Source: a virus
Lineage: Duplodnaviria > Caudoviricetes
Strand: one strand, 5' to 3'
IMG/VR virus record: IMGVR_UViG_3300037484_000186
Coordinates: 1 to 46,966 of that record
Length of the DNA stretch: 46,966 nucleotides
Part shown: piece after piece, positions 23,950 through 33,806 of the stretch
Layout: every line of letters begins with the position of its first letter
How positions within the stretch are numbered: position 1 is the first letter of the stretch
Made by a program: the position numbers and the translations under genes
The notes under the pieces: generated by a model
What the model saw: the letters and a program-made list of their open reading frames with translations, nothing else
Told to the model about the DNA's origin: nothing
Databases searched by the model: none

Positions 23950-24703
23950 GCGCGTAGAGCTTCTGGTCGACGGAGACATCATTCTGCACAGGTTCGGGCA
24001 CTCAGCCCAGATGGATATTGATTGGGGAGGAGACGAAATTGCCAGAGGAGTTGCTTGCGTTGATGAGGTAACTCAGGATGTTAAGAATTTCCTTCAAGCA
24101 ATACTCCAGCGAAACAAGGCAGCAGACCTGACCATCTGTTTCTCAGGCCCTCGTAACTTTCGCTATGCTGTGCTGCCAAGCTACAAGTGGAACCGGAAGG
24201 GGCTGGAGAAACCAGTCCTCTTCGGAGCCATCAAGAGCTACCTCATAGCGAACTACCTCTGCTTGGAACAGGATAAGCTGGAGGGGGATGATCTCATGGG
24301 GATCATCAGCACCGGGGAGCGGGGTAAGCATGTCATTTGCTCCATCGACAAGGACATGAGACAGATCCCCGGCAAGCATTACAACTGGACCAGCAATAAG
24401 AAAACCACGGTAACCAAGGCTGCGGCTGATCTGTGGTTCTACACCCAGATCCTCACGGGCGACCCCGGCGACGGCTACACGGGGATACCGGGGGTTGGGC
24501 CAAAGAAGGCCGAGAAGATATTAGAAGCACTGGTCGAAGATTGCAAAGGCGGAGAGTGGGCAGCTATCGTGAGTGCTTATGAGTTCGCTGGTCTCACCGA
24601 GGCTAACGCAATCCAGCAAGCTCAGGTTGCAAGGATTCTCAGGCACGGCGAATACAACTTCGATACACAGGAGATTAAACTTTGGGTTCCTTCACAAGAC
24701 TGA
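23927..24703 (+). CDS. 5'-3' exonuclease (T7 gp6-like)
   Basis: LVDGD, NFRY..YKWNR, LEGDD, SIDKD, GDPGDGYTGIPGVGPKKA. Confidence 0.95.
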   Translation: MGTTLVAKRVELLVDGDIILHRFGHSAQMDIDWGGDEIARGVACVDEVTQDVKNFLQAILQRNKAADLTICFSGPRNFRYAVLPSYKWNRKGLEKPVLFGAIKSYLIANYLCLEQDKLEGDDLMGIISTGERGKHVICSIDKDMRQIPGKHYNWTSNKKTTVTKAAADLWFYTQILTGDPGDGYTGIPGVGPKKAEKILEALVEDCKGGEWAAIVSAYEFAGLTEANAIQQAQVARILRHGEYNFDTQEIKLWVPSQD

Positions 24704-24804
24704 AGCTGGCGTATGCCTTCTTCAAGACCAACGGGTACGTCGACTACTATGCACTTCGGGCTCGCTATGCACTCCTGCTCTCTGCAAAGAAGTTTGGAGA
24801 GTGA
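24682..24804 (+). CDS. Micro-ORF, 40 aa
   Basis: AGGAG SD, TTG start; MGSFTRLKLAYAFFKTNGYVDYYALRARYALLLSAKKFGE; GTGA-coupled to the RNR gene. Confidence 0.4.
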   Translation: MGSFTRLKLAYAFFKTNGYVDYYALRARYALLLSAKKFGE

Positions 24805-26666
24805 CGCCATATCAGGAGTTCATATACAAACGGAGCTACTCTCGGTGGATTGAAGAGAAGGGACGAAGGGAGAATTGGGATGAGACTGTCCAACGATACA
24901 GTGATTTCTTTGCTCCCAGAGTTCCTGCTGGCATGCAGAGTTGGTTTGATTCGGCTATCAGTGCAATCAGACGCATGGATGTCATGCCTAGTATGCGTTG
25001 CCTCTGGAGTGCGGGCGCTGCGTTAGAGAACGACAACATCGCAGGGTACAACTGCGCCTACACAGCTATTGATTCAGTCAAGACATTCAGTGAGATCCTC
25101 TACATCCTTATGAATGGTGCTGGCGTTGGGTTCTCGACCGAACGTCAGTACACCAACCTGCTCCCGACTGTGCCGTCCGTGCTCACCGTGAATGAGTTTG
25201 GTAGGTTCAGAGTAGCTGATAGCAAACTAGGTTGGACTGAAGCATATCATCTTCTTCTGACCAAGTTATACGAAGGACAGATCTTTCCGGTAGATCTTTC
25301 GCTGATCCGTCCTAAAGGCGCTCCATTGAAAACATTCGGGGGTCGCGCCTCTGGCCCTGAGCCACTCTTGCAGCTCATCAAGTTTACCGTCAGGACATTC
25401 AAGGGAGCAGCAGGACGCAAGCTCAACTCCCTTGAGGTCTACGATCTGGTGTGCATGATTGCCAACTGTGTGGTCTCAGGAGGAGTCCGCAGGAGCAGCA
25501 CCATCAATCTCAGCAACCTCTCTGACACCCGCATGCGGGATGCCAAAGTTGGGCAGTTCTACATCGAACACCCACAGCGAATGCTCAGCAACAACTCCGT
25601 AGTCTACACCGAGAGACCAGACATGAGGATCTTCGTAGAGGAGTGGGCTCACCTCATGAACTCAGGGAGTGGAGAGAGGGGGATCATCAATCGTGAAAGC
25701 CTTATGGCCGCGGCATCTAACACCGGAAGAGATGAACGAGATTTCGGAACAAATCCTTGTGGGGAAATTATTCTCAGGAACAAACAATTTTGTAATCTCA
25801 CCGAAGTCATCGTCCGACCTGACGACACCTTCCTCACCCTCAAGCGAAAGGTTGGATACGCCACGCTCTTGGGGGTACTCCAGAGCAGTCTCACCACCTT
25901 TAAGTATCTCTCACCTGAGTGGAAGACCAACTGTGAAGAGGAGAGGCTTCTGGGAGTCTCTCTAACAGGATTGATGGACAACCTTTCTATCTGGGGGCAC
26001 CTTAACGAACTCAGAGGAGCCGCGTGGTATCATGCTAAAGAAGTATCAAAAGCAATGGACATTGCTTGTCCAAAAGCAGTCACTTGTGTTAAGCCTAGTG
26101 GCACTGTGTCTCAGTTGGTTGGCTGCGCAAGCGGTGTTCACCCAAGACACAGCCCTTATTACATTCGTAGGGTTCGTGTGTCTTCAACTGATCCTGTTGC
26201 TCGTCTTCTTATAGATCAAGGAATCCCGTATCATCCTGAGACAGGGCAAGACCTAGACACAGCAAATACTTTAGTCTTTGAGTTCCCTCAAGAGTCTCCC
26301 TACGGGAGTGTGTTCAGGGATTCGATGAGTGCCTTGGCCCAGCTCAGGGGTTGGCTCAAGATCAAGCAAAGTTGGTGTGACCACAACCCCAGCTGCACGA
26401 TCTACGTCAGGGAATACGAGTGGCTGGAGGTAGGTGCTTGGGTCTACAAGAACTGGGACTGGATTGGGGGCCTTTCTTTTCTGCCTCACGATGGAGGAGT
26501 CTATGAACTTGCTCCGTATGAGGAGATCACCAAGGAGCAGTACGACGAAATGCTCAAGGATTCCAAGCCTATAGACTGGTCCCGTCTCACAGAATACGAG
26601 CACAATGACAATACTGAAGGTGCCAAAACCTACGCTTGCACGGGTGACCGCTGCGAAATTGTCTGA
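24801..26666 (+). CDS. nrdJ: Class II (adenosylcobalamin-dependent) ribonucleotide reductase
   Basis: PSMR, YNC, GGRASGP, GGVRRS, TNPCGEI, FCNL, KPSGT and C-terminal CTGDRC redox pair; no small-subunit gene nearby. Confidence 0.92.
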   Translation: MTPYQEFIYKRSYSRWIEEKGRRENWDETVQRYSDFFAPRVPAGMQSWFDSAISAIRRMDVMPSMRCLWSAGAALENDNIAGYNCAYTAIDSVKTFSEILYILMNGAGVGFSTERQYTNLLPTVPSVLTVNEFGRFRVADSKLGWTEAYHLLLTKLYEGQIFPVDLSLIRPKGAPLKTFGGRASGPEPLLQLIKFTVRTFKGAAGRKLNSLEVYDLVCMIANCVVSGGVRRSSTINLSNLSDTRMRDAKVGQFYIEHPQRMLSNNSVVYTERPDMRIFVEEWAHLMNSGSGERGIINRESLMAAASNTGRDERDFGTNPCGEIILRNKQFCNLTEVIVRPDDTFLTLKRKVGYATLLGVLQSSLTTFKYLSPEWKTNCEEERLLGVSLTGLMDNLSIWGHLNELRGAAWYHAKEVSKAMDIACPKAVTCVKPSGTVSQLVGCASGVHPRHSPYYIRRVRVSSTDPVARLLIDQGIPYHPETGQDLDTANTLVFEFPQESPYGSVFRDSMSALAQLRGWLKIKQSWCDHNPSCTIYVREYEWLEVGAWVYKNWDWIGGLSFLPHDGGVYELAPYEEITKEQYDEMLKDSKPIDWSRLTEYEHNDNTEGAKTYACTGDRCEIV

Positions 26667-26688
26667 AACACGACAAAAGTGTACGAAA

Positions 26689-26704
26689 CCACCCACTACA
26701 GGAG
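26689..26704 (+). promoter_or_regulatory. Putative phage RNAP late promoter
   Basis: CCACCCACTACAGGAG lies in the gap at the start of the structural module, the position of T7 phi6.5. Confidence 0.6.
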
Positions 26705-26727
26705 GGATCTTGATTACTACTAAGGGT

Positions 26728-26898
26728 ATGCTTGAGTTTTTAGAGAAGAGTTTCCCCGACCGCTGCCCTGACTATGGCATGGGCCGGGATTCATTCGTAG
26801 CTTATTCAGCAAAAGTGTCGCTGATACGTTTCATTCGTTTCAAATTAGAAGAGGCTCAGGAATCCATCCCGGAGGTTCTGACTATCAACCGAGAATAG
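26728..26898 (+). CDS. Small conserved protein preceding the portal module
   Basis: LEFLEKSFPDRCP motif common before the portal in T7-like phages; start may be TTG 26710. Confidence 0.65.
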   Translation: MLEFLEKSFPDRCPDYGMGRDSFVAYSAKVSLIRFIRFKLEEAQESIPEVLTINRE

Positions 26899-26908
26899 GA
26901 GACAGACA

Positions 26909-27097
26909 ATGTGTTTCGCTCCAAAAGTTACCGCTCCTCCCCCGCCTCCTCCCCCGGCACCTCCGGTAAATCCGATCCAGATCGCTCCTACCGAGGATGC
27001 TGCGCTGGCGAAGAAGCGAAAGAAGCTCGGGCCTTCTGCTTTGCAGATTCCGTTGGTTGGCAACCCGACAGCAGGACTCGGCATCCCGAGTGCCTAA
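26909..27097 (+). CDS. Small virion protein (T7 gp7.3-like position)
   Basis: MCFAPK, poly-Pro, KKRKKLGPSALQIPL..GLGIP; AGGAG SD. Confidence 0.75.
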   Translation: MCFAPKVTAPPPPPPPAPPVNPIQIAPTEDAALAKKRKKLGPSALQIPLVGNPTAGLGIPSA

Positions 27098-28703
27098 CCC
27101 GGAGGTTGTCAATATCAAAGGTAGGTGGTCGAAGTTAGATGGTGATAGGAGTCAGATTCTTCAAAGAGCAAGAGACTGCGCGAAGATCACTATCCCTCAG
27201 CTCCTCCCGCCGCAGGGCTCAACTGCCAACACCAAGTTCAACACACCTTGGCAATCCCTTGGTGCTCGCGGGGTAAACAACCTCGCCAGTAAACTGATCC
27301 TCGCTCTGTTCCCGCCCAACCAAGCTTTCTTCCGTCTCAAATTGGATGATTCTGTCGTCAAGAACTTAAGCCAAGAAGCCAATGCGAAGACTGTCGCTGA
27401 GGCTGGCATGGCAACGATGGAGCAGATGATCCTTGATGACATGGAGAGCAGGTCGATCCGCATGGGGGCGTTCGAAGCCTTCAAGCACCTGATCGTTACC
27501 GGGAACTCTCTCGTCTACTTGGACGACAAGCAGGGGGTTAGAGTCTATAGGCTCGACCAGTATTGCATCAAGCGTGACCCTATGGGAAACGTGTTGGAGA
27601 TCATCACAAAAGAAGAGATCAGTTACATGGCTCTCCCTCCTGAGATCCAATCTCAGATCGAGATGGAAGAGGAGGAGAAAGCAAGTGTTGATTCCAAACC
27701 TCTTGAGTTATACACCCGAGTAGTTCGCGTTAATGATGCGTGGGAGATCTCTCAGGAGATCAAAGAGACTGTTGTAAGTTCTTCCAAGGGTACATACCCT
27801 CTCGACAAGAGCCCGTTCATCCCACTGAGGTGGAGTGCGCTGGCTGGAGAGGACTACGGGCGTGGGTTGGTCGAGGAGTATCTCGGCTACCTGCAATCGT
27901 TAGAGGTTTTGACTCAGGCTATTGTGGAGGGCTCCGCTGCGGCTGCTAAGGTGTTGGTCATGGTCAACCCTAACTCCACCACCCGAATCAAGAAGGTGGC
28001 TGAAGCAGCCAACCTCGATGTGATCGAAGGTGTTGCTACGGATGTAACCTTCCTCCACTTGGAAAAGTTTGCTGATTTCAAGGTAGCTTTAGAAACACTC
28101 AACTCCATCAAGACCGAACTGTCAGCGTGTTTCCTCCTGAACTCCAGCATCCAGCGTCAAGGAGAGCGGGTTACCGCTGAGGAAATCCGGTACATGGCGA
28201 AGGAGCTTGAGGACGCGCTGGGTGGGGTCTACTCCGTTCAGAGCAAGGAGTTCCAGCTCCCGCTGGTGAAGATCAGCAAGCTGTACATGGAGCGTGGGGG
28301 CCGTCTCCCGGTTCTCCCTGAAGACAAGGTAAAGCTCGTCATCACCACAGGACTTGAAGCACTGGGTCGCTCTCATGATCTGGTGAAACTCAATACATTC
28401 ATGCAGGAACTGCAGGTTCTCGGGCCTGAGGTTGTCGCGGAGTATTTGCAGGTCAGCGACTACATCACCCGTGTTGCCAACGCCACAGGTATTGATCCCA
28501 AGGGTCTCGTTAAGCCCGAGGCGGAAGTGTTGGCTAACCGGCAACAGCAAGCACAGCAAGCCCAGCAAGCACAGATGATGTCTGATGGTATCAAGTCAGG
28601 TGCTGCTGCACAATTCACTAAAGGAATGATGGACAACGCAAATGCAGGAGACCCAATGGGAATTGGTGAAAGGATGTCTCCCGGAGCAACCACAGGAGCT
28701 TAA
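27090..28703 (+). CDS. Portal / head-tail connector (T7 gp8-like)
   Basis: PWQSLGARGVNNLASKL, GEDYGRGLVEEY, ERVTAEEIR, TGLEALGR. Confidence 0.97.
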   Translation: MPNPEVVNIKGRWSKLDGDRSQILQRARDCAKITIPQLLPPQGSTANTKFNTPWQSLGARGVNNLASKLILALFPPNQAFFRLKLDDSVVKNLSQEANAKTVAEAGMATMEQMILDDMESRSIRMGAFEAFKHLIVTGNSLVYLDDKQGVRVYRLDQYCIKRDPMGNVLEIITKEEISYMALPPEIQSQIEMEEEEKASVDSKPLELYTRVVRVNDAWEISQEIKETVVSSSKGTYPLDKSPFIPLRWSALAGEDYGRGLVEEYLGYLQSLEVLTQAIVEGSAAAAKVLVMVNPNSTTRIKKVAEAANLDVIEGVATDVTFLHLEKFADFKVALETLNSIKTELSACFLLNSSIQRQGERVTAEEIRYMAKELEDALGGVYSVQSKEFQLPLVKISKLYMERGGRLPVLPEDKVKLVITTGLEALGRSHDLVKLNTFMQELQVLGPEVVAEYLQVSDYITRVANATGIDPKGLVKPEAEVLANRQQQAQQAQQAQMMSDGIKSGAAAQFTKGMMDNANAGDPMGIGERMSPGATTGA

Positions 28704-28751
28704 TCTCCCAACCATAGCAATCCCAAAACAAACTGAAAGAACAGGTGATCC

Positions 28752-29528
28752 ATGTCCCAAGAAGCAATCGACGCGGGTACCGTTGTCGTTGCCGCAGACA
28801 CGTCTGCCGCAGCTGAAACGTCCGCTGTAGCACTACCGTCCGAGACTACACCTGAATCAACCCTTCTCGCTGGCAAGTATAAGACTCCTCAGGAGTTGGA
28901 GAAGGCGTACAAGGAACTTGAGAAGAAGCTCGGAGCACCGAAGCCTGAAGTTGAGGTGAAGCCCGAACCAAAGCCAGCGACCAAGCCCGAAGGTATCACT
29001 GACCCAGATCCTGCAGCTGTTGCTGCTGCTGAGTCTGCGGGTCTCGATCTCACCAAGCTCAATGCCGAGTATGAAGAGTCAGGCGCGTTGAGTGAGGACA
29101 GCCTCGCGAAGCTTGCGAAGGTTGGCATCCCGAAAGAGATGGTGGATGACTACATTGCTGGGCAGGAAGCGCGAGCTGTTGCTCAGGTTGGTAAAGTTCA
29201 TGCTCTGGTTGGTGGGGAAGCTGAGTACAAAGCCCTTCTCACTTGGGCAGCGGCGAATGTTTCCGAAGCTGACAAGGCAGTGTTCAACAAGAATATCAAT
29301 GGAGACTTCGACTCGCAGAAGTTGGTGGTCGAAGCTCTGCAGGGAAAGTATATCAAGGCAGTAGGTAGTGCGCCGAAGTTGCTGGTGGGCGAAGGTGCTC
29401 CCCCGGTAGGATCGGGATACGAGTCTCGCGCTCAGATGACAGCCGACATGTCTGATCCTCGGTATGCCAAAGACCCAGCGTTTCGTGCGAAGGTTGAGCA
29501 GAAGGTCGCAAAGACCACTGCGTTCTAG
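28752..29528 (+). CDS. Capsid scaffolding protein (T7 gp9-like)
   Basis: LLAGKYKTPQELEKAYKELEKKLG and DMSDPRYAKDPAFRAKVEQK. Confidence 0.93.
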   Translation: MSQEAIDAGTVVVAADTSAAAETSAVALPSETTPESTLLAGKYKTPQELEKAYKELEKKLGAPKPEVEVKPEPKPATKPEGITDPDPAAVAAAESAGLDLTKLNAEYEESGALSEDSLAKLAKVGIPKEMVDDYIAGQEARAVAQVGKVHALVGGEAEYKALLTWAAANVSEADKAVFNKNINGDFDSQKLVVEALQGKYIKAVGSAPKLLVGEGAPPVGSGYESRAQMTADMSDPRYAKDPAFRAKVEQKVAKTTAF

Positions 29529-29537
29529 TTTCATCCC

Positions 29538-29750
29538 CTGAGGATAATACAAATTCAAAACCTCAGGCTTGCTAGGGGCCTCAGGGTGGTAAGCCGGGAA
29601 CGCTATGTGCCTCGACCCCACCCCGCCCCTAGCGCTCCACAATCACCCAAAGCAAAGTAAGCCCAATCCCAGCACACCCCTGAGGGGGCAGCTCGGCTAG
29701 GACACCTTTCTTTTGCGTAGGCGGTTGTCGCAAACCGTTTCACACAAAAT
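29538..29750 (+). promoter_or_regulatory. Structured 5' leader of the capsid gene
   Basis: Helices CCTGAGG/CCTCAGG, GCTAGGGGC/GCCCCTAGC, GGGTGG/CCACCC and CCC-TGAG-GGG in a 240 bp intergenic region. Confidence 0.45.
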
Positions 29751-29768
29751 CAAAGGAGATACAAAGTC

Positions 29769-30788
29769 ATGGCTTCAGCTGCAACTGTAGCGTTGTTCGG
29801 TGAACTTGCTGGTACTGGTGGTGCTGCGCCTACGATGGCCCAGCGTACCGCCCTGTTCCTCAAGGTGTTCGGCGGTGAGGTTATCACCGCGTTTGAGAAG
29901 AAGTCGCTCATGCTCGACAAGCACCAGATTCGTACCATCCAGTCCGGGAAGTCTGTTCAGTTCCCCACGACTGGTCGCGTCATGTCTGCTTATCACGTTC
30001 CGGGGACGGAGCTGGTGGGTCAGGCAGTTGTAACGAACGAGCGCATCATCACCATCGACGCGTTGCTCACCTCCAGTGTCTTCCTCGACACGTTGGACGA
30101 GGCGATCTCGCACTTCGATGTCCGCTCGATCTACTCCACGGAGATGGGGCGTCAGCTTGCCCGCAACTTCGATGAGTCCGTGATGATGGAGGTCTTCCGG
30201 GGTGCGAAGTCTGCTCCTCTGATGTCTCACAACCTCGTGGCTGCGTCCAAGGTTCAGTATCTCGGCGCGTCCTACGATGGGTTCTCGGTTGCGAATAAGG
30301 CGGCTGCGCTTGCTACCGCCATCTTTACTCAGGCTGCAATTTGGGATGAGCAGTTCCTCGATGGGGAGCGGTACCTCGCCCTGAAGCCTGTGGACTACAA
30401 CGCCCTCGTGCAGAACACCGCAGCGATCAACTCCGACTGGGGTGGGGCAGGTGCGTATTCGGACGGCACGGTTCTCCGCATTGGTGGAGTCAACATCATC
30501 AAGGCTCCTGCGCTCACGGGCGTGGTTGAGGTTGACACGACTGCGTTGACCACTGGTGTCGCGGCTGGTGCTGCGGTTCAGGTTGGGCACGGTGCTGCTG
30601 GTGACACCGACGTTCGAGCGATCATGTTCACCAAGGACGCGATTGGTACCGTCAAGCTCATGGACATCAGCACTGAGGCCGGGTACGACATCCGGCGTCA
30701 GGGTACGCTGCTCGTCGCCAAGTATGCGATGGGCCACGGCGTTCTGAATCAGGACGGCTGCGCGTACTTCGCGAACGACGCTAGCTAA
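29769..30788 (+). CDS. Major capsid protein (T7 gp10-like)
   Basis: ALFLKVFGGEVITAF, RTIQSGKSVQFP, ITIDALL, DVRSIYSTEMG, KYAMGHGVL; AAGGAG SD. Confidence 0.97.
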   Translation: MASAATVALFGELAGTGGAAPTMAQRTALFLKVFGGEVITAFEKKSLMLDKHQIRTIQSGKSVQFPTTGRVMSAYHVPGTELVGQAVVTNERIITIDALLTSSVFLDTLDEAISHFDVRSIYSTEMGRQLARNFDESVMMEVFRGAKSAPLMSHNLVAASKVQYLGASYDGFSVANKAAALATAIFTQAAIWDEQFLDGERYLALKPVDYNALVQNTAAINSDWGGAGAYSDGTVLRIGGVNIIKAPALTGVVEVDTTALTTGVAAGAAVQVGHGAAGDTDVRAIMFTKDAIGTVKLMDISTEAGYDIRRQGTLLVAKYAMGHGVLNQDGCAYFANDAS

Positions 30789-30853
30789 TTAGTATACTCC
30801 TCAAGCCTCTGGTCTAACGACCAAGCGCAAACGTGAGGGGTCTTGGTTCACCT

Positions 30854-30892
30854 AAGGGGACACTCAGGTAAAACTGGGTGTCCCCTTTTTTT
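30854..30892 (+). terminator. Rho-independent terminator after the capsid gene (T-phi equivalent)
   Basis: AAGGGGACACTCAG-GTAAAA-CTGGGTGTCCCC followed by TTTTTTT. Confidence 0.9.
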
Positions 30893-30946
30893 CTTTTGAA
30901 AGGGAGAGGCTTCGGCCATCGTCCACAAATAATACAGGAGGCACAC

Positions 30947-31957
30947 ATGGCGTTTCCAACGGACTGGTTGTACCGCAAAAGCATAACGCTGAGTAGAGCG
31001 TCAGGTGCTGTCACCAATTATCAGATGAAACTGTTGGTAGGTGAAAGTTCAGGTGCGACAGGAGAAGATGTAGATTGTGGAGGGTTGTGTAAGACAGACT
31101 TCTCCGATCTTCGTTTCACTGCTGCAGATGGCACTACCCTGCTCGATTATTGGATCGAGAGCGTCTCGGGTGCAACACCGAACCAGCTTGCAACTGTATG
31201 GATCGAATTCGATTCTATCGGAACCGGAGCGACCACTTTCTACATGTACTATGGAAATGCTGCCGCGACCGCCGCCTCCAATGGGCCTAACACATTCCCA
31301 TTCTTCGATCACTTTGATGGTGCGTCTCTTGATCTTACGAAATGGACGGATCATGGGCCGGGGGGCTCTCACTCATTCGCCCAATCCGGATCTGTTCTTA
31401 CCATAACGTCGGTATCAGAATCAGATTATGCGTTCTTGGACACAGACATAGCCTTCGGGGTTAATTATGCATTTCGTTCCCGCTCCAATATAGACGCGAC
31501 CGGGACGACGGGGATCAAACAGAAGAATTGTTGGTGGAATGCTTCCGGAGATTCTCCTGATAAATTTCTTGGTTTTGCTTGCGGTTATCCATACGCCGGA
31601 TATGTTGGGCTGCGAACTTTACAAACTACCGGGCAAGAGAACCAAGTTAATTTAAGCAACGCATACGCTGGATACCATATATTTGAGTCAATTCGAAATG
31701 GGTCAACAAATGTAATTTATCAGATTGACGGCACAACCGTTGCTACGGTCACTGCTCAGGTTCCTTCGGGGGACAACAAACCGGCTTTTATTGCGTATGG
31801 TATTAGTTCTGTTGTGTTGTCTGATTGGGCGTTAGTACGCCAGTATGCTGCAACAGAACCCGCTTGGGGATCGTGGGGTTCTCAGGAAGCTTTAGGTGGT
31901 GGCTCAGTAATGAACTCTCATTTCTTCGTCATGTTATTGGCGGGAGGAGGCAGATAG
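30947..31957 (+). CDS. DUF2341-like domain plus lectin/LamG-like beta-sandwich virion protein
   Basis: WLYRKSITL, DFSDLRFT..DG..LDYWIE, YMYYGN, FFDHF, DWALVRQY...EP; AGGAGG SD. Confidence 0.8.
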   Translation: MAFPTDWLYRKSITLSRASGAVTNYQMKLLVGESSGATGEDVDCGGLCKTDFSDLRFTAADGTTLLDYWIESVSGATPNQLATVWIEFDSIGTGATTFYMYYGNAAATAASNGPNTFPFFDHFDGASLDLTKWTDHGPGGSHSFAQSGSVLTITSVSESDYAFLDTDIAFGVNYAFRSRSNIDATGTTGIKQKNCWWNASGDSPDKFLGFACGYPYAGYVGLRTLQTTGQENQVNLSNAYAGYHIFESIRNGSTNVIYQIDGTTVATVTAQVPSGDNKPAFIAYGISSVVLSDWALVRQYAATEPAWGSWGSQEALGGGSVMNSHFFVMLLAGGGR

Positions 31958-33796
31958 TTGAAAAAGAATACCGCTACAAAATGGATCGTCTTCGCCTTCG
32001 ACCGAACGGACAACACGCCGAAGACTGGAGATGCCGCGAACATCACCGCAAATGTGCGGATTGATGGTGGTGCGGCAGATGCTGTAGATGACACCAACCC
32101 CGCCGAACTGGAAGACGGGTACTACGTCTTCGACATCACCGCTGCTGAGTGCAACGGAGATCTCATCGTCATTTGCCCCGCCAGCACTACCGCCAACATC
32201 CAAGTCATAGGCGTACCCGGAGCTGTGTGGACGGACACGCTGTCCGCTGAGATAGCTGTAGTTGACGGGATCGTAGATGACATTCTCGTTGACACGGCTG
32301 CTATCCCAACCGACGCCGTTATTGCAGACGCCGTGTGGGATGAAGTTCTTAACGTGGCTGGGCACAACGTAGCGGCTTCTGCAGGAAAAAGATTACGACA
32401 GGTTGGTCTTGTTGTCGGAGGCAGTGTTAACGATGCAGCCGCGACTACCACTTCATTTATCTCAGATGTTACTGGAAAAGCCGACGGATTCTATAAGGAC
32501 CAAGTAATCCTATTCACTTCCGGGGCTCTTGATGGGCAGACCCAAGTAATCGCTGACTACAACGGAACTTCTGGCCTAATGACGATGGCCCACCAACTCA
32601 CCAGCGCGCCGGCCAATGGAGATGCGTTTGATATTATTCCTACTCATGTTCACTCTGGTGATGAGATCGCAGAACATGTTTGGGCTGATGCGAACGGGGT
32701 ACAGATAGCTGCGGATACAGCGGCTATACTCGTAGACACCGGAGCAACCCTTGACGCTAAGATCGACTCGATCCTCGCGGACACGGGCACAGATATCCCC
32801 GCTGCTATAGCGGCAGTTCAGGCCGATACGACTGCTATTCTTGCAGACACGGGTACAACCCTTAATGACAAGATCGACCTGCTTGGTGTTGACACTGCGG
32901 CTATTCTCGTGGACACCGGAACAGATATCCCAGCGGCTGTTGCTGTTGTTGATGCAAACGTGGATGCGATCCTCGCTGATACGGACGAGCTGGAAACTGA
33001 CTGGGTGAACGGCGGAAGATTAGATCTCCTGCTTGATATTGCTTCTGCTACTAACCCCACCGCCGCAGACATTGCGGATGCCGTGTGGGATGAGGCGATT
33101 TCTGGGCATGCTGCTGCTGGTTCCACCGGTGAAGCTCTGGCGGCTGCTCAATCTGCTGGTGATCCTTGGACTACCGCCCTCCCCGGCGCTTATGCAGCTG
33201 GGACGGCTGGGAAGAAACTTTCTGACATGGCCGTTGAAGTCACCGCTGTCCTTGTGGATACCGGGACGGATATCCCAGCGGCTCTCGCTGTGGTGGATGC
33301 AAACGTAGACGCCATTCTGGCAGACACGGGGACAGACATCCCAGCAGCTATTGCTGTTGTTGATGCGAACGTAGACGCCATTCTGGTGGACACCGGAACG
33401 GACATTCCTGCAGCCATTTCTGCGCTCCCCGCTGGCTCTGCCCCTACCGCTGCTGCTATCGCAGACGCGGTGTGGGATGAGGTGGTCACCTCTGGTCATG
33501 CTGTTGGCAACTCTGCTGCTGTCAAGTTGGTAGCGGCAGCCGCTGGGCTGGCTACGTCCGTAGCTGGACTCGGGGCCATAGCGAATGTCATCACCGTCAC
33601 AGTTTCTGGTGTTCCTCTGCAGAATGTGGATGTCTGGGTGACCTCTGACGAAGCCGGGACCACTGTGGTCGCCGGAACGCTCCAAACCGATGTCAACGGA
33701 CAGGTGACTTTCTATCTGGACGCTGGAACCTACTATGTCTGGCAGCAGAAGACCGGCTACAACTTCACCTGCCCTGACGAACTCACAGTAACCTAA
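31958..33796 (+). CDS. Asp/Ala-rich repeat fibre-like structural protein with C-terminal beta-sandwich
   Basis: IADAVWDE x3, DTGTDIPAA x5; C-terminal TDVNGQVTFYLDAGTYYVWQQKTGY. Confidence 0.7.
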   Translation: MKKNTATKWIVFAFDRTDNTPKTGDAANITANVRIDGGAADAVDDTNPAELEDGYYVFDITAAECNGDLIVICPASTTANIQVIGVPGAVWTDTLSAEIAVVDGIVDDILVDTAAIPTDAVIADAVWDEVLNVAGHNVAASAGKRLRQVGLVVGGSVNDAAATTTSFISDVTGKADGFYKDQVILFTSGALDGQTQVIADYNGTSGLMTMAHQLTSAPANGDAFDIIPTHVHSGDEIAEHVWADANGVQIAADTAAILVDTGATLDAKIDSILADTGTDIPAAIAAVQADTTAILADTGTTLNDKIDLLGVDTAAILVDTGTDIPAAVAVVDANVDAILADTDELETDWVNGGRLDLLLDIASATNPTAADIADAVWDEAISGHAAAGSTGEALAAAQSAGDPWTTALPGAYAAGTAGKKLSDMAVEVTAVLVDTGTDIPAALAVVDANVDAILADTGTDIPAAIAVVDANVDAILVDTGTDIPAAISALPAGSAPTAAAIADAVWDEVVTSGHAVGNSAAVKLVAAAAGLATSVAGLGAIANVITVTVSGVPLQNVDVWVTSDEAGTTVVAGTLQTDVNGQVTFYLDAGTYYVWQQKTGYNFTCPDELTVT

Positions 33797-33806
33797 GGAG
33801 GGAACC

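Noticed and set aside
30803-30845. c-di-GMP-I riboswitch-like string AAGCCTCTGGTCTAA
   Set aside because: The upstream GGCAAA/GNRA helix and the closing pairing are absent; likely coincidental.
30760-30946. T7 10B-type capsid frameshift extension
   Set aside because: No clear slippery site; stops and a strong terminator follow; the next gene has its own SD.
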